In this document: in pieces, positions 46,504 through 54,362 of the stretch
Layout: every line of letters begins with the position of its first letter
How positions within the stretch are numbered: position 1 is the first letter of the stretch
Assembly: GCA_038215615.1 (NCBI GenBank)
Contig: JBBQQR010000004.1
Coordinates: 32,001-96,000 of the forward strand
DNA: 64,000 nt
Direction of reading: 5' to 3'
Source: Vulcanimicrobiales bacterium
GTDB taxonomy: Bacteria > Vulcanimicrobiota > Vulcanimicrobiia > Vulcanimicrobiales > Vulcanimicrobiaceae
The notes under the pieces: generated by a model
Databases searched by the model: none
Seen by the model: only the letters and a program-made list of their open reading frames with translations
What the model was told of the DNA's origin: nothing
Program-made: the position numbers and the translations under genes

Positions 46504-48309
46504 GTGCAAGTCAACGATTTGACGATCCGCGCCGCAACGGTGAACGGCTCGGGTAGTCAGTCCGCGAATTTGGTTTTAGCCAACGCGATTTTTCGTTTGG
46601 GCATTCCCGTCGCCCCCAAAAACGTTTTTCCTTCGAACATCGAGGGGTTGCCGACATGGTTCGATGTGCGCGTCTCGCCGCAAGGCTACCAATGCCGCAG
46701 CAGCAGCATCGATATTTTGCTCGCGCTTAACGCCGCGACGTGGCACGCCGACGTCCGCGACGTAAAATCCGGCGGCGCGATCCTGTACGAAGAGACGCTC
46801 GCGGTGACCGGCGCTACGAAACGCGACGACGTCACGTACTATCCGGTTCCATTTGCGAAGTTGGCGAAAGAGAACATCTCCAACGCCGACCTGCGCAAGT
46901 ATTTGACGAACATGATCTACGTCGGTGCGCTCGCGCAGTTGCTGGGCATCGGCGAAGATGCCATCGAGGCAGCACTGCGGGCGCAATTTCGCACCAAACT
47001 AAAAGCGGTCGACATCAACATGGATGCGGTCCGGCTCGGCGCCAGTTACGCGCGCGAGAACTTGCCTAAGACCGATCCATACAAGCTCGAACCGATGCCC
47101 GGAAACAACGATGGGTTGATCTTGATGGAAGGTAACTCTGCCGCGGCGTTGGGCTGCGTGATGGCCGGCTGCACCGTGGCCGCGTGGTATCCGATCACGC
47201 CCTCCTCCTCGCTCTGCGAATCATTCATCGCTTATTGCGATCGCTACCGCGTCGACAAGGAAACCGGCGAACGAAAAGTCGCCGTGCTGCAGGCTGAAGA
47301 CGAACTTGCCGCCATCGGCATGGTCTTCGGCGCGACCTGGGCCGGCGCGCGCGCGATGACATCGACCTCGGGGCCGGGCCTCTCACTGATGGCGGAATTT
47401 GCCGGACTGGGCTATTATGCGGAACTTCCGGGCGTGATTTTTGACGTGCAGCGCGCAGGCCCGTCGACCGGCTTGCCGACGCGCACGATGCAGGGCGACG
47501 TCGCCTTCGCCTACACCCTTTCGCACGGCGATACCAAACATATCGTACTGCTCCCAGCCACGCCGATCGAAGCCTACGAGTTTGCAAGCCACGCTTTCGA
47601 TCTTGCCGACCGCTTCCAGACGCCGGTCTTCGTGCTCAGCGATCTCGATCTCGGAATGAATCTGTGGATGACCAAGCCGCTGCCGTATCCCGAGCTCGGC
47701 TTCGACCGCGGAAAAATTTTGGGCGCGACCGAGTTGGACGCGGTGCAATCATGGGGACGTTATCGCGACGTCGACTCTGACGGCATCCCCTATCGCACGC
47801 TTCCCGGAACCGAACATGCTAACGCCGGCTATTTCACGCGCGGCTCCGGCCATAACGAAACCGCACATTATTCGGAAGATCCCAACGTCTATCGCAACAA
47901 TTTGGACCGCCTCACGCGCAAATTCGATACCGCGCGTGCCGCGGTACCCAAAGCGATCGTCGAAGAGAGCGGCAAACCGTGCGGACTAATCGCATTCGGC
48001 ACGACGCACCATGCGATAGTTGAAGCGCGCGCGCAGCTCCGCGAAGCCGGCGTCGAAACGGATTATCTGCGGGTGCGCGCGCTGCCGCTGAGCGCAGACG
48101 TCGCAGCCTTCATCGGGCGGCACGAACGTGTCTACGTCGTCGAGCAAAATCGCGACGGGCAACTCTACGGCATTCTTCGCATGGAATTGCCCGCGCACAT
48201 GATCGAGCGGTTGCATTCGGTTCGCCACTACAACGGCGTGCCGATCGACGCGTCGGCGATCTTCGAACCTTTGCTGCAAGCCGAACAAACGGAACTCGTA
48301 CCTGCATGA
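46504..48309 (+). CDS. 2-oxoacid:ferredoxin oxidoreductase alpha subunit (gamma-alpha fused)
   Basis: NGSGSQS, YPITPSS, QAEDELAA, TSTSGPG.SLM.E, QR.GPSTGLPT, VEQN. Confidence 0.93.
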   Translation: MQVNDLTIRAATVNGSGSQSANLVLANAIFRLGIPVAPKNVFPSNIEGLPTWFDVRVSPQGYQCRSSSIDILLALNAATWHADVRDVKSGGAILYEETLAVTGATKRDDVTYYPVPFAKLAKENISNADLRKYLTNMIYVGALAQLLGIGEDAIEAALRAQFRTKLKAVDINMDAVRLGASYARENLPKTDPYKLEPMPGNNDGLILMEGNSAAALGCVMAGCTVAAWYPITPSSSLCESFIAYCDRYRVDKETGERKVAVLQAEDELAAIGMVFGATWAGARAMTSTSGPGLSLMAEFAGLGYYAELPGVIFDVQRAGPSTGLPTRTMQGDVAFAYTLSHGDTKHIVLLPATPIEAYEFASHAFDLADRFQTPVFVLSDLDLGMNLWMTKPLPYPELGFDRGKILGATELDAVQSWGRYRDVDSDGIPYRTLPGTEHANAGYFTRGSGHNETAHYSEDPNVYRNNLDRLTRKFDTARAAVPKAIVEESGKPCGLIAFGTTHHAIVEARAQLREAGVETDYLRVRALPLSADVAAFIGRHERVYVVEQNRDGQLYGILRMELPAHMIERLHSVRHYNGVPIDASAIFEPLLQAEQTELVPA

Positions 48310-49343
48310 GCAGCGGCGCACCTCCGGTAAACGTCAATTCCGCCGGCCTCTCTCGCGAGGTCTATAAAGGATTGCCCAGCACGCTGTGCGCCGGCTGCGG
48401 GCACAACTCGATCACCAATCACCTGATCAAAGCGCTGTTCGAGTACGGCGTACAGCCGCACAAGCTCGCGAAGATGAGCGGCATCGGCTGCTCCTCGAAA
48501 ACACCGGCCTATTTCGTCGAACGCGCGCACGGTTTTAACGGCGTGCATGGACGCATGCCTTCTCTCGCTACGGGCGCGAAGATCGCCAACCGCGAGTTGA
48601 TGGTGCTCGGCATCAGCGGCGACGGCGACACGGCCAGCATCGGCTTGGGCCAATACTGCCACATGATCCGGCGCAACGTCGACTGCACCTACATTATTGA
48701 AGACAACGGCTGCTACGGATTGACCAAGGGGCAGTTTTCAGCCACCGCCGACCGCGGCTCAGTACTCAAGAAAGGCCAAGTCAACGAGCTTGAGACGATC
48801 GACGTGTGCGGCTTGGCGATTGAGCTCGGCGCCACGTTCGTCGCGCGCTCTTTTTCGGGCGACGGCAAACAGCTGATTCCGCTCCTGCAGGCCGCGTTCT
48901 CGCATCGCGGCACAGCTGTGCTCGACATTATCAGCCCGTGCGTGACGTTCAACGATCACGAAGGCTCGACCAAGAGCTACGCCTACGTCAAGGAGCACCA
49001 CGCAATTTTGCACACGCCCGACTATATCGTCGGCGGACGCGAGATCGTTGTGGATTACGAGCCCGGGACGGTCAAGGAAGTGCAGTTCGACGACGGCTCG
49101 CGCATCTTGCTGCGCAAACTTGAGGTCGAATACGATCCGGCCAATCGCGTCGGCGCGCTCACCGTCCTAAACGAGGCGCGCGACCGCGGAGAGCTCGTTA
49201 CGGGCTTGCTGTATGTCGATGTGAAGGCCCGCGATCTCTGCGAACGCGAAAAACTTCCGCAGAGGCCGCTCGCGCAGCTCGCAGAAGACGATCTTCGCAT
49301 CTCGCGCGATGATTGGAAACAGCTGATGGAGTCTTTCGGTTAG
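48306..49343 (+). CDS. 2-oxoacid:ferredoxin oxidoreductase beta subunit
   Basis: LCAGCGH, SGIGCSS, HGR, GDGD (TPP motif), NGCYGLTKGQFS, SPCVTFN. Confidence 0.93.
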   Translation: MSSGAPPVNVNSAGLSREVYKGLPSTLCAGCGHNSITNHLIKALFEYGVQPHKLAKMSGIGCSSKTPAYFVERAHGFNGVHGRMPSLATGAKIANRELMVLGISGDGDTASIGLGQYCHMIRRNVDCTYIIEDNGCYGLTKGQFSATADRGSVLKKGQVNELETIDVCGLAIELGATFVARSFSGDGKQLIPLLQAAFSHRGTAVLDIISPCVTFNDHEGSTKSYAYVKEHHAILHTPDYIVGGREIVVDYEPGTVKEVQFDDGSRILLRKLEVEYDPANRVGALTVLNEARDRGELVTGLLYVDVKARDLCEREKLPQRPLAQLAEDDLRISRDDWKQLMESFG

Positions 49344-49346
49344 CCG

Positions 49347-50711
49347 TTAGGCCGCTGGAAAGTGCGACTCATCCCCGTACGGTAAGAAGAGCGTGTACTC
49401 GCGCTGGAAGCGTAACTTCACGGTGCCCGTCGGACCGTTACGGTGTTTGGCGATGATAAACTCCGTGAGATCCGGCTCGGCCGCTTCTTCTTTATAATAG
49501 CCTTCGCGGTAGAGAAACGCGACGATATCGGATTCTTGCTCGAGCGAGCCCGAATCCCTCAAGTCCGCCAGCATCGGGCGTTTTTCGGAGCGCGTTTCCA
49601 CGCCGCGGTTGAGTTGCGCGAGCGCGATGACCGGTACGCCGAGATCTTTGGCGGTCGTTTTTAGCGTGCGGCAGATGTCGGAGAGTTCTTCGTTGCGGTT
49701 GGAGTTGCGGCTTAAGACGTTTGGCCTTACCAACTGCAAGTAGTCGATGAAAACAGCCGACAGGCCGGCGCCAGACTGCAGGCGGCGGCACCGGCTGCGA
49801 ATCTCGGCGATCGAGATCGCGCCCGAGTCATCGAGATAAATCGGAAGCTCGTTGAGCACGCCCATCGCGTCGGATATCTTTTCCCAGTGATGCGGCTTGA
49901 TGTTACCGCGGCGCATGTCGTGCATGCTGATATGGGCTTCCGCGCAAATCAAGCGCTGCACGATTTCGTCGTTGGACATTTCCAGTGAGAAAAACGCGAC
50001 CGGCTCGGTCTCCACGCGCGCCGCCGCGACGGCCATGTTGAGCGCAAACGAGGTCTTGCCCATGCCCGGCCGCGCCGCCAGGATGATGAAATTGCCGGGC
50101 TGGAAGCCCGTAGTCATGTCGTCGACGTCCCGAAAGCCTGACGTGAGCCCGGTGAGGCCGCCGCGGCTGTGAAAGAGCTTGTCGATGTTTTCGAAGGCCG
50201 GTTTTAGGAGCTGGCCGACCGGCACGAAGTCGCGATGGAGCTGCCGCCGGCCGATTTCGAAGACCATCTGCTCGCTGCGATCGAGCGCGCCTTCGACGTC
50301 TTCTTCGTTTTCGTAGCCGTACTGGGTGATCTGCGTGCCGGCATGGATCAGTCCGCGCAGTACCGCTTTTTCGCGAACGATCTTCGCGTAGTATGTCGCC
50401 GACGCGGCGGTCTGCACCGTATCCATGAGCGACGAAAGATACGAGATGCCGCCGACCTTCTCGAGCTGGTCGCGCCGCTTGAGCTCCTCGGCGATCGTGA
50501 TCTTGTCGAGCGGTTCGGCGCGATCGTAGAGATGCACGAGCACGGAGTATATCGTCGCGTGCACGTGCGCGTAAAAATCCTCGGAGCGCACGATTTCGCC
50601 GGCTGCACCCATGATCTCGCGGTCGACCAGAATCGAACCCAGCAGCGCCATCTCCGCTTCGAGATTTTGCGGCGGTATACGATCGATGACGGGCAGATGC
50701 GTTACGGTCAT
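49347..50711 (-). CDS. dnaB: Replicative DNA helicase
   Basis: PPQNLEAE, AARPGMGKT, FSLEM, IDYLQL, QLNR, DLRDSGSLEQ, KHRNGPTG; no intein. Confidence 0.97.
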   Translation of the reverse strand: MTVTHLPVIDRIPPQNLEAEMALLGSILVDREIMGAAGEIVRSEDFYAHVHATIYSVLVHLYDRAEPLDKITIAEELKRRDQLEKVGGISYLSSLMDTVQTAASATYYAKIVREKAVLRGLIHAGTQITQYGYENEEDVEGALDRSEQMVFEIGRRQLHRDFVPVGQLLKPAFENIDKLFHSRGGLTGLTSGFRDVDDMTTGFQPGNFIILAARPGMGKTSFALNMAVAAARVETEPVAFFSLEMSNDEIVQRLICAEAHISMHDMRRGNIKPHHWEKISDAMGVLNELPIYLDDSGAISIAEIRSRCRRLQSGAGLSAVFIDYLQLVRPNVLSRNSNRNEELSDICRTLKTTAKDLGVPVIALAQLNRGVETRSEKRPMLADLRDSGSLEQESDIVAFLYREGYYKEEAAEPDLTEFIIAKHRNGPTGTVKLRFQREYTLFLPYGDESHFPAA

Positions 50712-52684
50712 GAGCGGGCTGACATACTCCGCCGGACCGTGAGCGCTCGCCTTGTGGATTTCTTGTGGAGAGCTAAAGCTTTAAATGCCTGCTCGATGGA
50801 GGCAACCGGAATCACTTCGATTCCCGCGAGCGTCCGATCGATTTCGCGCACGTTTTCCTTGGGCACGAGGATCGCGCGCATGCCCGCCTGTCGCGCCGCG
50901 TACAATTTCTCAATGATGCCCCCGACCGGACGAACCTTGCCTTGTATCGAGAGTTCGCCCGTCATCGCCACGTCTTGCGGAACCGGCGTCTTGCTTAACG
51001 CCGAGTACAGGGCGAGAAAAATTGCCAGGCCGGCCGATGGGCCATCGATATTTCCGCCGCCGATCACGTTTATGTGCAGATCGTAATTTGCCGTATCGAG
51101 TCCCGTAACGGCGCGCAAGACCGCAGCGGCGTTAAAGACGCTGTCTTTGGCCATCTTGCCGGCCGCATCGTTGAAGCGCACCGAGCCTTTTCCACGTGCG
51201 CCCGCGCTGAATGCCACGGCTTCGATCTCGATGATGCTGCCTAAATAGTGCAGTACGCCCAAACCGAACGTCTTTCCGATCTCGCGCGCCGCCCGTCCAC
51301 GCACCAAGGTGTGCGGGACCAGCCGCCCCGCCTGGACGACATTGCGCACGTGCTCTTCAGTAATCAGTACGTTCTCGGCGCGGCGCGGTTTGGGGGTCTT
51401 CGCAGGGGCTTTGGCGCGGTAGAGCGCCTCTCCGAAGGCATCGGCCACAATTTGCACCGCCTGACGCCCTTCAATCGTGTACGAGGCGATCAGTTGCGGT
51501 ACGCGGCGCTCGGCCTTCGCGCCCAGCCGCTTAATGGCGGCGCCGACGATCGAGACGATTTGCGACTGCGTCAGCGGTTCAAAGTAGACGGCGGCCGCGC
51601 GCGACCGGATGGCAGGATCGATATCGCCGGGCTCGCGCGTCGTCGCACCGATCAAGATGAAATCGGCCGGCGCGCCTTCCCGGAAAAGTTTTTTGATGTA
51701 CTCCGGCACGTTGGCCGAGCTCTCGTCATAATAGGAAGACTCGAACGTGACGCGCTTGTCCTCGAGCACTTTGAGCAGTTTCGTCTGGAGCAGCGCGTCC
51801 ATCTCGCCGATCTCGTCTATGAAGAGCACGCCTCCATGCGCGCGGGTCACCATGCCCAGCTTCGGTTCGGGAATGCCGCCGTCGGCGAATTCGCGCCGGC
51901 TGCCCTGGTAAATGGGATCGTGCACGCTTCCCAGCAGCGGGTTGGTCGTTTCGCGCGGATCCCAGCGCAGCGTCGTTCCGCTGGCCTCGATAAAGGGCGC
52001 GTCTTTGGCAAACGGCGTGTACGCGCGCGCCTTGGCCACCTCGAGCGCCAGCCGCGCGACGGTCGTCTTGCCGACGCCGGGCGGACCGTACAAGATGACG
52101 TGCTGCGGATAGGGCGATGAAATCTTGGCTAACAGCGAACGGATCGCAGCTTCTTGCCCGACGATTTCCTTGAATGACTGCGGGCGCAGCAATTGCAGCG
52201 CCGACGCCGCCAAACCGCGATCGTTGAGCTGCTGCAATTCTTGCAGTTTCTTCTGCGTCGCCGGTGTTTCCGGGCCTGAGTCTTCGCGCAGCGCTTCCAG
52301 TTTCAAATCTTTGAGGTAATCCTGGTGACGCTCGATCATCTTCGTGTTGATCTTGCGCTCGATCGAATCTTCAACGTTCTTCTGCGCGATCAAATCGGCG
52401 AGCTGCTCTTCGATTTCTCCTAAAGCCCGCCGGAAGCTGGGGCGACCCGTGACGCGCTCGATGGTCGGGTCTTCGAAGACCAGCCGCTGCAGCGCGCAGA
52501 TGCGGTCCGGCAGCGCGCCCGAGCGCATCATTTTCAGCGCGTTCATTTTACCCGCGCGCAGAACCAACTTGTCCGAGCCGATCGTGTTGGCGAGCACGTC
52601 GTAGAGCGCCGAAACGTAGCGGCCCATCTCGTCTTCGCTGCCGAATTTACGACGGAACCTTACTACGTAGGGACTGTCGCTCAC
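50708..52684 (-). CDS. lonC: Lon-family ATP-dependent protease (LonC type)
   Basis: GPPGVGKT, FIDEIGE, IDGPSAG (catalytic Ser), VGG..EK (Lys); between rplI and dnaB. Confidence 0.88.
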   Translation of the reverse strand: MSDSPYVVRFRRKFGSEDEMGRYVSALYDVLANTIGSDKLVLRAGKMNALKMMRSGALPDRICALQRLVFEDPTIERVTGRPSFRRALGEIEEQLADLIAQKNVEDSIERKINTKMIERHQDYLKDLKLEALREDSGPETPATQKKLQELQQLNDRGLAASALQLLRPQSFKEIVGQEAAIRSLLAKISSPYPQHVILYGPPGVGKTTVARLALEVAKARAYTPFAKDAPFIEASGTTLRWDPRETTNPLLGSVHDPIYQGSRREFADGGIPEPKLGMVTRAHGGVLFIDEIGEMDALLQTKLLKVLEDKRVTFESSYYDESSANVPEYIKKLFREGAPADFILIGATTREPGDIDPAIRSRAAAVYFEPLTQSQIVSIVGAAIKRLGAKAERRVPQLIASYTIEGRQAVQIVADAFGEALYRAKAPAKTPKPRRAENVLITEEHVRNVVQAGRLVPHTLVRGRAAREIGKTFGLGVLHYLGSIIEIEAVAFSAGARGKGSVRFNDAAGKMAKDSVFNAAAVLRAVTGLDTANYDLHINVIGGGNIDGPSAGLAIFLALYSALSKTPVPQDVAMTGELSIQGKVRPVGGIIEKLYAARQAGMRAILVPKENVREIDRTLAGIEVIPVASIEQAFKALALHKKSTRRALTVRRSMSARS

Positions 52685-53133
52685 GCCGGCTCCGCGACGA
52701 CGTCCAGTGTCGCTTTGGCAACGACGCTCCTTCCCAGTCGAATCTCGACCGGATAGGTGCCCACAGCTTTGATGGCCGCCTTCATTTCAATTTTGTGTTT
52801 GTCGACCGGCGCCGAAAACGTTTGCGTGAAGGCTCGTGCGACGTCCGCGGTGGTTACCGCACCGAAGAGCCTCCCGCTTTCGCCGGCCTTGGCACGCACG
52901 ACGACCGGCTTACTTTCCAACAGGGCCGCCAGTTCCCGAGTTTCGGCCAGGGACTCGGCCTCGCGCTTGTCGTGCGCTTTCTTCTGCTCGTCGAGCACCG
53001 TCAAAGCGCCCTTGCTGGCTTCGGTCGCCAGTTTGCGGGGCAGCAAGAAATTCCGCGCGTAGCCCTCGGCGACGTCGACGACTTGGCCTTTTTTGCCGAG
53101 CGGCTTCACGTCGCTCAGCAAGATCAGGCGCAC
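52681..53133 (-). CDS. rplI: 50S ribosomal protein L9
   Basis: ILL.DV..LGKKG.VV.VA.GYARNFL.P, GRLFGAVT. Confidence 0.96.
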   Translation of the reverse strand: MRLILLSDVKPLGKKGQVVDVAEGYARNFLLPRKLATEASKGALTVLDEQKKAHDKREAESLAETRELAALLESKPVVVRAKAGESGRLFGAVTTADVARAFTQTFSAPVDKHKIEMKAAIKAVGTYPVEIRLGRSVVAKATLDVVAEPA

Positions 53134-53137
53134 GGAC

Positions 53138-53395
53138 CTACTCGGTGACGAACGGTAAAAAGGCGATAATACGCGCGCGCTTCACCGCGACGGTCAAGAG
53201 CCGCTGATGTTTGGCGCAGTTTCCCGAGATGCGGCGCGGCAAAATCTTGCCACGTTCGGAGACGTATTTCCTCAAGCGCATGACGTCTTTATAATTGATG
53301 TCGATCGTGCGCTCGGTGCAGAACGTGCACGGCTTCTTTTTTACGCGACGGTCTTTGACCACGCGTTTGGTCTTCAGTTTGGTTTTGGGGGGCAT
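53138..53395 (-). CDS. rpsR: 30S ribosomal protein S18 (Zn-binding C+ form)
   Basis: CTFC...INYKD...[30 protein letters not shown]. Confidence 0.97.
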   Translation of the reverse strand: MPPKTKLKTKRVVKDRRVKKKPCTFCTERTIDINYKDVMRLRKYVSERGKILPRRISGNCAKHQRLLTVAVKRARIIAFLPFVTE

Positions 53396-53480
53396 TCGAG
53401 TTTCCTTTGCTAGGTGGATAGCGCCCCCGGACGCGCCGGAGGCCTAGCGAAGTGACGCAGCGCGCCACTGCCTTGGGCGG

Positions 53481-53765
53481 TTAAATCCGGCGCGGTTCTC
53501 CCGCCCGGTAGCGATAGACGATGCGCCCCTTCGTGAGGTCGTAGGGCGAAATCTCGAGCTCGACCCGGTCCCCAGGCAGAATTCTGATGCGGTGGCGGCG
53601 CAGACGGCCGGCAACGTGGGCCAGGACCGTGTGCGAGTTCTCCAGCTCAACGGAGAAGCTGGCGCTGGGGAAAACTTGCACGATCGTGCCGAAAACCTCA
53701 AGGGGCGCCTCTTTGGTGGCGCTGGGCTTGCGGCGCTCGAGCGGTTGCTTGGAGCCTCGTCTCAA
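53481..53765 (-). CDS. infA: Translation initiation factor IF-1 with an N-terminal extension
   Basis: KE..LEV.G.I...P.A.F.VELEN.H.VLAH.AG..R...[23 protein letters not shown]. Confidence 0.92.
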   Translation of the reverse strand: MRRGSKQPLERRKPSATKEAPLEVFGTIVQVFPSASFSVELENSHTVLAHVAGRLRRHRIRILPGDRVELEISPYDLTKGRIVYRYRAGEPRRI

Positions 53766-53991
53766 CTGCTATGGTCCTTCGTGGGAGAGGTGCGGGGGCG
53801 ACCGGAGGTGGTTCGAGGCCCCCTGGGGGGTCACCCTGGCCGATCCGGCCACCTAGTGAAACCTTCGCCGATGGCGAAGCGTTGCAGGAGGGTTATCAGG
53901 CTTCGAAGTCCGCATGGTCTACGTTCCAAGTACTAGCGAGTCGGATCCAGAGAATAACTCACAACTAAAAACTAGGAGACTCGTTAGATAT

Positions 53992-54309
53992 ATGTATACC
54001 GATGAAACGCTGACCTGTGTGGATTGTGGACGTCAGTTCACGTTCACGACCGGCGAACAAGAATTCTTCGCCAGCAAAGGCTTCACCAACAAACCCAGTC
54101 GTTGCACCGATTGCCGTGCAGCCCGCAAGTCGGGCCGTTCGGGCGGCGGCAGCGGTGGCGGCGGCGGTGAAGGCTACGGCCGTCAGCGCGAAATGTTCAC
54201 TGCGACGTGCAGCCAATGCGGCGGCGTAGCGGAAGTTCCGTTCCAACCGCGTGGCGACAAGCCCGTGTATTGCCGCGACTGCTTCGCGCAACGCCCCAGC
54301 TACCGATAA
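53992..54309 (+). CDS. Zinc-ribbon / CxxC-x17-CxxC domain protein with a Gly-rich linker
   Basis: D.TL.C.DCG..F.F..GEQEFF..KGF.N.P.RC..CR; C..CG....VPF.P....PVYC.DCF; AGGAG RBS. Confidence 0.92.
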   Translation: MYTDETLTCVDCGRQFTFTTGEQEFFASKGFTNKPSRCTDCRAARKSGRSGGGSGGGGGEGYGRQREMFTATCSQCGGVAEVPFQPRGDKPVYCRDCFAQRPSYR

Positions 54310-54362
54310 AGTAAGCCTCTCCCGTAGAGGGAGAGAGACTCGCTAACATAAAGGGCCGCCTC

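Noticed and set aside
49347..50711. Intein in dnaB
   Set aside because: Normal length (454 aa) with contiguous helicase motifs
53785..53830. GGTTCGAGGCC as a tRNA T-arm
   Set aside because: No acceptor stem, D-arm or anticodon arm can be folded around it
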